56,744 nt of DNA from a virus. Its lineage: Duplodnaviria; Caudoviricetes. Position numbers and translations under genes: made by a program. Position 1 is the stretch's first letter. Every line of letters starts with the position of its first letter. Shown here one piece after another: positions 46,934 through 54,252 of the stretch. The stretch spans positions 1 to 56,744 of IMG/VR virus record IMGVR_UViG_3300048016_000009, one strand, 5' to 3'. The notes beneath the pieces are model-generated. The model worked only from the letters and a program-made list of their open reading frames with translations, ran no database searches and was not told the DNA's origin.

Positions 46934-47835
46934 GCTTCCTAAAATATCAACACCTTGAACGCTACGGTAACACCGAAGTGGAAGGCATTGAAGTGGGTAC
47001 ATGCTACGTATTCCCTAAGCTGGACGGTACTAACGGTAGTGTTTGGTGGGCTGATGCCCCTGATCGATGGTCGAGCGTGAGATGCGGTAGTCGTAACCGT
47101 GAGCTTACTCTGGACAATGACAACGCTGGTTTCATGAATGCTATGGTGGTTGATAAAGCCATCACCAGCTTTTTGTATAACGAAAAAGACCTTGTCCTCT
47201 ACGGTGAATGGCTTGTACCGCACACACTGAAGACCTACAACGATGATGCATGGCGCAAGTTCTATGTGTTCGATGTGTTTGATCGTAAGAAAGAACGGCT
47301 ACTTAGCTATGACGAATACTCTGAAGAACTCATCGCTGCTGGTATCAATGTCATTGCGCCCATTGCCATCATCAAGAATGGCAGCATCGACCACTTCACT
47401 GAGTGTCTGAGTAAGGCACACTATCTGGTGAAGGATGGTGAAGGTGCTGGTGAAGGTGTTGTCATCAAGAACTATGACTACCAGAACAAGTATGGTCGTC
47501 AGACATGGGCCAAGATTGTCGGCAACGAATTCAAAGCTAAGCATCACCTTGCAATGGGTGCGCCTGTCATTGGTGGTGAAATCGTTGAAGAGAAGATTGT
47601 TCTGAAGTATGTGACGCAGGCTTTGGTAGACAAAGTTGTTGCAAAAATCACTAACGAAATGGGAGGGTGGTCCAGTAAATACATTCCTCGTTTGATTCAC
47701 ACTGTATACTACGATCTAGTCACTGAGGAAACATGGAACTTCGTGAAGGAGTTTAAGAATCCTAAGATTGACTTCAAAGTGTTGTCGCACTACACGACAG
47801 CGAAGATTAAAGAACTGAAAAAGGAATTGTTCTAA
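46930..47835 (+). CDS. ATP-dependent RNA ligase (Rnl2-like)
   Basis: Motif I KLDGTN, GSR, YGEW, FYVFD, EGVVIK, AKIV. Confidence 0.8.
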   Translation: MSFLKYQHLERYGNTEVEGIEVGTCYVFPKLDGTNGSVWWADAPDRWSSVRCGSRNRELTLDNDNAGFMNAMVVDKAITSFLYNEKDLVLYGEWLVPHTLKTYNDDAWRKFYVFDVFDRKKERLLSYDEYSEELIAAGINVIAPIAIIKNGSIDHFTECLSKAHYLVKDGEGAGEGVVIKNYDYQNKYGRQTWAKIVGNEFKAKHHLAMGAPVIGGEIVEEKIVLKYVTQALVDKVVAKITNEMGGWSSKYIPRLIHTVYYDLVTEETWNFVKEFKNPKIDFKVLSHYTTAKIKELKKELF

Positions 47836-47996
47836 TGAACTTTTTAAGTGTACTAACCCTCGTCTTCATTGTGTTGAAGTTGACAGACTTCATTGATTGG
47901 TCTTGGTGGTTTGTGCTGGCACCAACATTGATTCAAGCTGGTGCAATGCTGACTACCATCATTGGCTTAATTGTTTTTGCAGTGAGGAAGAAATGA
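47835..47996 (+). CDS. small two-TM membrane protein (53 aa)
   Basis: LVFIVLKL...IDWSWWFVLAP; TAATG and ATGA coupling. Confidence 0.6.
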   Translation: MNFLSVLTLVFIVLKLTDFIDWSWWFVLAPTLIQAGAMLTTIIGLIVFAVRKK

Positions 47997-48159
47997 AAAT
48001 TGAACTTGATATGTACAAAGAAAACGAAGATGGATCAGCAGACTTCAGCGTCAACCTTGACCAAGAAGCCATTGTGTTTCTTATCCGCAAAGCCCTGCTT
48101 GATTGCATCAAAGAAGGTATTGAGATGGGTAAGACAGCAACACCAATAGAGGAAACAGA

Positions 48160-48474
48160 ATGAACTTAGATGAATACCAACGGTCAGCAATGACCTTTCG
48201 TTTACCTACAGCAGATCGCGAGTATGCGCTATTGAATTTACTAGCTGAGGCTGGTGAAGTGGCAGGCAAGGCAGCAAAGCACCGCCGAGATGGGGGCGAT
48301 GTTAGCGAATACAATATGCACATCAAGAAAGAACTTGGTGATGTGTTGTGGCAGGTTGCTGCGGTTGCTAAAGACCACGGATGGATGTTGTCTCAGGTGG
48401 CTGAACACAACCTAGAGAAGCTGTCATCTAGACAACAACGCGATGTCATTCAAGGCAGCGGCGATCTACGCTAA
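48160..48474 (+). CDS. MazG-like NTP pyrophosphohydrolase
   Basis: EAGEV...ELGDVLW...N..KL..R...GSGD.R. Confidence 0.85.
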   Translation: MNLDEYQRSAMTFRLPTADREYALLNLLAEAGEVAGKAAKHRRDGGDVSEYNMHIKKELGDVLWQVAAVAKDHGWMLSQVAEHNLEKLSSRQQRDVIQGSGDLR

Positions 48475-48499
48475 GTGGTATAACTCCTACCCCATCCCT

Positions 48500-48523
48500 A
48501 AGCAGCTTCGGCTGCTTTCTTTT
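48500..48523 (+). terminator. terminator-like hairpin upstream of nrdA
   Basis: AAGCAGC-TTCG-GCTGCTT-TCTTTT. Confidence 0.65.
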
Positions 48524-48547
48524 CCTCTAAAACTAAGGTACTACTAA

Positions 48548-50326
48548 ATGACATTCAAGGTTAACATTGACCTATCTCGTGACGCATTGTTTGATGAACT
48601 CGGACTACAGCGTCTTAAAGAAAGCTACATGAAAGATGATGAACAATCTCCACAAGAACGTTTTGCATTTGTATCAGCAGCATTTGCCAGCAATCAAGAA
48701 CATGCTCAGCGACTGTATGACTACTCTAGTAAACATTGGCTCAGCTATTCTACTCCTATCCTATCTTTTGGTCGCTCTAAGCGCGGGCTGCCTATTAGCT
48801 GTTTTCTTAACTATATGGATGATAGTGCAGAAGGTTTGGTCGATAATCTTTCAGAGACTAACTGGCTCTCGATGATGGGTGGTGGTGTCGGTGTTCACGT
48901 TGGCATCCGTAACAGTGACGACAAGTCCACTGGTGTTATGCCTCACTTGAAAATCTATGATGCTAGTTCATTGGCCTACCGTCAAGGACGTACACGCCGT
49001 GGTAGCTATGCTGCCTACCTCAACATCAATCACCCCGACATCATCCAGTTCTTGGAGATGCGTAAGCCTACTGGTGATCAGAACGTTCGTACCCTGAACA
49101 TGCACCACGGTATCAACATGTCTGACGAGTTCATGAACATCATTGAACGATGCATGAAAGATGACAACACAGACGACAGCTTCAATCTGGTCAACCCCGC
49201 CAATGGTGAAGTGGTTGAGACAGTGTCAGCTAAGTATCTGTGGCAGAAGATCTTGGACCTGCGTATGCAGACAGGTGAACCCTATCTCATCTTCATCGAC
49301 ACAGCCAACAAAGCTTTGCCATCTTGGTTGAAAGACAAAGGCTTCACCATCAACGGTAGTAACCTTTGTACTGAAATCTTCTTGCCGACAAACGAGAAGC
49401 GTACAGCCGTATGCTGCCTGTCTTCATTGAATCTGGAATACTATGACGAATGGAAAAAAGATAAGCAGTTCATCCTTGACGTTATGGAGATGTTGGACAA
49501 CGTGTTGCAATACTTTATTGACAATGCACCAGACACTATTGCTCGTGCTCGTGCCAGCGCTATCATGGAACGTAGCATCGGTATTGGCACACTAGGCTTC
49601 CATGCTTTCTTGCAGAAGAAGGGTGTTGCCATTGATGGTGTCATGGCTAAGAGTTACAACAATGAAATCTTCAAACACATCCACGCACAGTGTACGATTG
49701 GTGATGCTATTTTGGTTACGTCACGTGGTGAATGCCCTGACGCACATCTCAGTGGCATTCGTCGTCGCTTCAGCCATTGGACTGCTATTGCTCCCAATGC
49801 CAGCAGCAGCTTGATCATGGGTAATACATCCCCGTCAATCGAGCCTTATCGCGCTAACGTATTCCGTCAAGATACATTATCTGGTGCATTCGTGTACAAG
49901 AATCGTTTCCTCAAGGCTGAGCTTGCACAGATCGGTAAAGATGATGACGACACGTGGGCTTCCATTATCAGCAACGATGGTTCTATCCAGCATCTGGATG
50001 TGCCTGACCAGTTGAAAGAAGTGTATAAGACAGCAATGGAGATTGATCAGCGTTGGTTGATTGAACTTGCAGCAGATCGTCAGAAGTACATCGATCAGGG
50101 ACAGTCGGTTAATCTGTTCTTCCCTGCTAACGTGTCTGTGAAGTATCTGCACAGCGTTCACTTTTTGGCTTGGCGCAGTGGTCTAAAGTCTCTTTACTAT
50201 TTACGATCTGAAAAAGTAAAGAAGGCAGATAAGGTTGGTGCTCAGATTAAACGTCAGCGCATCGAAGATGAAATTGATTTGAAGACCATTGCAGACGGTG
50301 ATAGCTGCTTGGCATGTGAAGGATGA
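48548..50326 (+). CDS. nrdA: ribonucleotide reductase class I alpha subunit
   Basis: PISCF, SNLCTEI, APNASSS, SLYY, C-terminal CLACEG; no ATP cone visible. Confidence 0.95.
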   Translation: MTFKVNIDLSRDALFDELGLQRLKESYMKDDEQSPQERFAFVSAAFASNQEHAQRLYDYSSKHWLSYSTPILSFGRSKRGLPISCFLNYMDDSAEGLVDNLSETNWLSMMGGGVGVHVGIRNSDDKSTGVMPHLKIYDASSLAYRQGRTRRGSYAAYLNINHPDIIQFLEMRKPTGDQNVRTLNMHHGINMSDEFMNIIERCMKDDNTDDSFNLVNPANGEVVETVSAKYLWQKILDLRMQTGEPYLIFIDTANKALPSWLKDKGFTINGSNLCTEIFLPTNEKRTAVCCLSSLNLEYYDEWKKDKQFILDVMEMLDNVLQYFIDNAPDTIARARASAIMERSIGIGTLGFHAFLQKKGVAIDGVMAKSYNNEIFKHIHAQCTIGDAILVTSRGECPDAHLSGIRRRFSHWTAIAPNASSSLIMGNTSPSIEPYRANVFRQDTLSGAFVYKNRFLKAELAQIGKDDDDTWASIISNDGSIQHLDVPDQLKEVYKTAMEIDQRWLIELAADRQKYIDQGQSVNLFFPANVSVKYLHSVHFLAWRSGLKSLYYLRSEKVKKADKVGAQIKRQRIEDEIDLKTIADGDSCLACEG

Positions 50327-51288
50327 ATATGACAAAGACTAAAGCCGACATTACACAAGAACGTACTACATTCAAACCTATGCTCTACCAGTGGGCATAT
50401 GACGCATGGTTGCAACACGAGCAGTCGCATTGGCTGCACACTGAAGTGCCTATGTCAGAGGACGTAAAGGACTACAAGAAACTAGGTAAAGATGAGCAAG
50501 AGTTTCTGACTAAGATTCTTCGCTTCTTTGTACAGGGTGACTTGGACATTGGCAGTGGTTACCACGACCATTACATTCCTCTGTTCCGTCAACCGGAAGT
50601 GCGAATGATGATGAGTGGGTTTGCTGCCCGTGAAGCTTTGCATGTTGCAGCCTATGCACACTTGATCGAAACATTGGGTTTGCCTGAATCAACCTATAAC
50701 GAGTTCTTGCAGTATGCTGAGATGGTTGAGAAGCATGACTATCTGCAACGCTTGAACACTGCACCAGTGGCTGAGAAGATTGCTGTCATCTCTGCATTCG
50801 GTGAAGGTATGCAGTTGTTCTCCAGCTTTGTTATGTTGCTCAACTTTGCACGTAACGGTAAGCTGAAAGGGCTTGGTCAAATTATTAGCTGGTCCATCCT
50901 TGACGAGACTATGCATGCAGAAGGAATGATTAAGGTATATCGTGAATATGTTAAACACCACCAAGATGAGACAACACCTGAACAGATTAAAGAGATTGCT
51001 AAACAGATGGTTGCTCTTGAAGACCAGTTCATTGATCTTGCTTTTGGTATGGTGGAAGTTGAGAAGCTTACCAAAGAAGAAGTGAAAGACTATATCCGCT
51101 ACATTGCAGATCGTCGATTGATTGCTATGGGTATGAAGGGTATCTACAAGATTAAGAAGAACCCTTTACCTTGGGTTGATGGTATGCTTGGTACATCACA
51201 TACAAACTTCTTTGAGCAGAAGGTTACAGACTACAGCAAGGGTGCTCAGACTGGTACATGGGATGATGTGTGGGGCAGGGCAGCATGA
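50323..51288 (+). CDS. nrdB: ribonucleotide reductase class I beta subunit
   Basis: EALH..AY, EG..LFSSF, DETMH, NFFE. Confidence 0.95.
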   Translation: MNMTKTKADITQERTTFKPMLYQWAYDAWLQHEQSHWLHTEVPMSEDVKDYKKLGKDEQEFLTKILRFFVQGDLDIGSGYHDHYIPLFRQPEVRMMMSGFAAREALHVAAYAHLIETLGLPESTYNEFLQYAEMVEKHDYLQRLNTAPVAEKIAVISAFGEGMQLFSSFVMLLNFARNGKLKGLGQIISWSILDETMHAEGMIKVYREYVKHHQDETTPEQIKEIAKQMVALEDQFIDLAFGMVEVEKLTKEEVKDYIRYIADRRLIAMGMKGIYKIKKNPLPWVDGMLGTSHTNFFEQKVTDYSKGAQTGTWDDVWGRAA

Positions 51289-51520
51289 GAAACTTCACTG
51301 TTAGCTATAACAGTCAGAACAACATCTTCAAGGGTGTTTTGCATGTCAAAGCAAACACTATCTCTGAAGCACAAGACAAGTTCTTTGAATGGCTTCGTGA
51401 GCAACCTAACTATACACATCTCTGGCAACTCAGTTTTGAGTTTGTAGAGATTGGAACTAGCCTATAATGTCCCCTAAGAAGCCCCATGTCGGGGCTTCTT
51501 AACAACCAAAGGAAGTATCG

Positions 51521-52270
51521 ATGGTAACGAAGAAACGAGTAGCGCCTCACGTCATCCCTGACGCACCAGCACCAGCTACAAAGAACAATAGTTTGCGTGT
51601 ACGTCTTGACGACATGGCTACTATTCAACCTAAGACAGCAAAGCAGAAGGAATTCTTTGATGCTTATAACGCTGGTGATTACTTCATGTGTCTACATGGT
51701 GTAGCTGGTACAGGCAAGACATACATTGCCCTGTATAAAGCGCTTGAAGAAGTGATGGACAAGACCAGTCCTTATAAGAAGGTTGTCATTGTTCGTAGCT
51801 CTGTACAAAGCCGTGACATGGGTTTCTTGCCCGGCGATGCTAACGAGAAGATGGAGACATTCATCCAGCCCTATCGTCAAATCTGTGCAGACCTATTCAA
51901 CCGCAAGGATGCATGGGATCGTTTGGCTGAGCAAGGCTATATTGAGTTCATCTCTACCAGCTTTATTCGCGGCACAACCTTTACCAACTCAATCTTGTTG
52001 TCTGACGAGATTCAGAACATGACGTTTGAAGAACTTGACACCATCGTTACTCGTGTCGGTCATACATCGAAGATTATCTACTGTGGTGACATTCGACAGA
52101 CTGACTTGAAGAAGAAGGATGACAAGACAGGCTTACCAAAGTTCTTGGACATTGTTCAACATATGAAAGAGTTCAGTCGCTTTGAGTTTGGTATGGATGA
52201 CATTGTGCGTAGCAGCTTGGTGAAGAACTACATCATTGCTAAAACACTTTATGAGGATCGTCAACCATGA
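51521..52270 (+). CDS. phoH: PhoH family ATPase
   Basis: G.AGTGKT, GFLPG, RGTTF, DE.QN, GD..QTDL, IVRS. Confidence 0.93.
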   Translation: MVTKKRVAPHVIPDAPAPATKNNSLRVRLDDMATIQPKTAKQKEFFDAYNAGDYFMCLHGVAGTGKTYIALYKALEEVMDKTSPYKKVVIVRSSVQSRDMGFLPGDANEKMETFIQPYRQICADLFNRKDAWDRLAEQGYIEFISTSFIRGTTFTNSILLSDEIQNMTFEELDTIVTRVGHTSKIIYCGDIRQTDLKKKDDKTGLPKFLDIVQHMKEFSRFEFGMDDIVRSSLVKNYIIAKTLYEDRQP

Positions 52271-52445
52271 TGCTTGTAGAAATGCGACAAGGCTTCGGCC
52301 TAGACATTGAGTTCAACGATTCAATCTGCTACGTTGCAGACACTGATGAAGTTGAAGATGGTTTGTTTGCTTTTGTTGGCATCATCATCATGTTACCTTT
52401 CGTCAAGATTCACATTGGTGAAATGAACCATATAGGTGGTAAGAA

Positions 52446-52934
52446 GTGATTGAAGTAATTGTTACAGGTGACATGCTCGTTGAAGCGCGAGACAAAGCAG
52501 CAGAGATGGGCAGACTTCGTAACTCCATCATCAATGGGGCTGGCAACATTGCTGGCTTCATTGGTGAGGCCGTTGCACAGAAGGTGATGGGTGGTGTTCT
52601 TGCTAACACCTATGACTATGACCTTATACTGTGCAACGGTAAAACAGTGGATGTGAAAACAAAGCAGACATCTGTTAAGCCTTTAGATACCTACGAGTGT
52701 TCTATCGCTAAGCTAAACACAACCCAAGAGTGTGACTTCTACGCATTCGTTCGCGTTAAGAATGACTTCTCTGTAGGATGGCTACTGGGTGTGTACGAAA
52801 AACAACAGTACATGCTTGACAGTGTGTTTATGAAAAAGGGTACAATCGATTCCAGCAATGGATACACTGTGAAATCTGATTGCTACAACCTCAAAATCAA
52901 CCAACTGAAAGGACATGAATATGTCAATCAATAA
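52446..52934 (+). CDS. hypothetical protein, possible PD-(D/E)xK nuclease fold
   Basis: GE.....YD......VDVKT pattern. Confidence 0.45.
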   Translation: MIEVIVTGDMLVEARDKAAEMGRLRNSIINGAGNIAGFIGEAVAQKVMGGVLANTYDYDLILCNGKTVDVKTKQTSVKPLDTYECSIAKLNTTQECDFYAFVRVKNDFSVGWLLGVYEKQQYMLDSVFMKKGTIDSSNGYTVKSDCYNLKINQLKGHEYVNQ

Positions 52935-53086
52935 AGCAACGCTAGTGTTCACCGATGATAATGATGGTGGTCTTAGCATTCAAATCTCATTTGAACCTGA
53001 GAAGCCTAGCAGGGAAATCAACTCACACGTTGCAGCCATCCTAGCGCATCAATACATCACACAGAAAGTTGACGAGGCATACAAAG

Positions 53087-53383
53087 ATGAATCACCCGAA
53101 TGAACCTGTGAAGCGCATGTCTGTTACAACAACAGACATGCAATCAAAGACTAAGAAGGTGGAATACTTTGTTGTTCCAGACACAACCACAACGCTATGC
53201 TTCATGCATCTGCACTGTGGCTTCCTGATCACGGGTAAGAGTGCCTGTGTAGACCCTGCTAAGTTCAACAAAGCTCTTGGTGAAAAGTATGCCTATGAGG
53301 ATGCTATCAATAAGATGTGGGAACTTGAAGGGTATTTGTTAGCCAATGAAATCTATGGAGACAGTTATGCAACAGCGTCCTGA
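53087..53383 (+). CDS. N4 gp49 / Sf6 gp66 family protein
   Basis: T.C...L..GF.ITG.SACVDP..F....G...A...A..K.WELEGYLL. Confidence 0.8.
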   Translation: MNHPNEPVKRMSVTTTDMQSKTKKVEYFVVPDTTTTLCFMHLHCGFLITGKSACVDPAKFNKALGEKYAYEDAINKMWELEGYLLANEIYGDSYATAS

Positions 53384-53539
53384 ACGACCAGCACCGTTGA
53401 AGATTCAGTTTGGTCAAGGCCACTACGCCTTCACCCGTGGCTGGATGAACAACCAGTATGACCCTGAGTCAGTAGCTGGTAAAGAATGGCAACGTGGCTT
53501 TGATGCTGCGTACTTCGACAACCTTGCAAGGATAAGCAA

Positions 53540-53923
53540 ATGACATCGTTCAATCGACTTCATAATATGAAGAACCCGCATCAGGGCAAGAACAAGAAAG
53601 TGCTGTGTGTCTGTTCAGCAGGTTTGCTGCGTAGTCCTACACTGGCTTGGATCTTGTCTAACGAACCATTCAACTTCAATACCAGAGCAGTTGGTACATC
53701 CAGCGAGTATGCTTTGATTCCACTCGATGAGGTTCAGCTTCAATGGGCTGATGCTGTAGTGTTTGTTGATGAGGAAAACTTTGAGGTTGCTAAATGGACG
53801 TATAGGGAACTGATCGTAAACATGGAACATCATGTGTTGAAGATTCCTGATGTCTATGAATTCCGTCACCCTAAGCTTGTAGAGGCTGCGACAGAGCAGT
53901 TGAAAGAAGCGTTCAAGCTGTGA
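53540..53923 (+). CDS. low-molecular-weight CX5R phosphatase
   Basis: KVLCVCSAGLLRSPT P-loop, WAD, IPD. Confidence 0.85.
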   Translation: MTSFNRLHNMKNPHQGKNKKVLCVCSAGLLRSPTLAWILSNEPFNFNTRAVGTSSEYALIPLDEVQLQWADAVVFVDEENFEVAKWTYRELIVNMEHHVLKIPDVYEFRHPKLVEAATEQLKEAFKL

Positions 53924-53937
53924 TATAACATACCCTT

Positions 53938-54012
53938 TCCAAAGTAGCACAGCGGTAGTGCAGCAGACTGTTAATCTGTTGGTCGTAGGTTCGATCCCTA
54001 CCTTTGGAGCCA
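53938..54012 (+). tRNA. tRNA-Asn(GTT)
   Basis: Acceptor TCCAAAG/CTTTGGA, loop CTGTTAA, TTCGA, G73, encoded CCA. Confidence 0.92.
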
Positions 54013-54017
54013 TATGT

Positions 54018-54093
54018 GTGCTGGTAGCTCAATTGGCAGAGCAACGGATTCCAAATCCGTAGGTTGTACGTTCGAGTCGTACCCGGTATGCCA
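54018..54093 (+). tRNA. tRNA-Trp(CCA) with a G:U-rich acceptor stem
   Basis: Anticodon arm ACGGA-TTCCAAA-TCCGT, T arm GTACG-TTCGAGT-CGTAC, acceptor GTGCTGG/CCGGTAT, G73, CCA. Confidence 0.85.
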
Positions 54094-54126
54094 AACAAGG
54101 GCTTCTCTGAAGAGCCTCCTGCTCAT

Positions 54127-54197
54127 GGACAAATCATGTTGTTGCTTGAACTTAACCTTAGCAGGGGTTATTGGTTTGATTCCAATACTGTCCACCA
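54127..54197 (+). ncRNA. degenerate tRNA-like element
   Basis: GGACA/TGTCC-A-CCA acceptor-like end and ATTGG-TTTGATT-CCAAT T-arm-like hairpin; no canonical D or anticodon arm. Confidence 0.4.
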
Positions 54198-54200
54198 AAC

Positions 54201-54230
54201 AAAAGGGGTAGCCGTTATAGCTACCCCTTT
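54201..54230. terminator. bidirectional intrinsic terminator between the two genome arms
   Basis: AAAAGGGGTAGC-CGTTATA-GCTACCCCTTT between convergent transcription units. Confidence 0.85.
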
Positions 54231-54252
54231 ACAATTTGTCGGCACTTATCAA

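Noticed and set aside
45781-48474. Z-genome (2-aminoadenine) or other base-substitution pathway suggested by the DUF5664 and MazG-like genes
   Set aside because: No PurZ, DatZ, queuosine-pathway or transferase genes were recognised. These hydrolases are common without modified DNA.
53938-54093. Stop-codon reassignment via suppressor tRNA
   Set aside because: The anticodons are GTT and CCA (and CAT at 33808), and all core genes are intact in the standard code.
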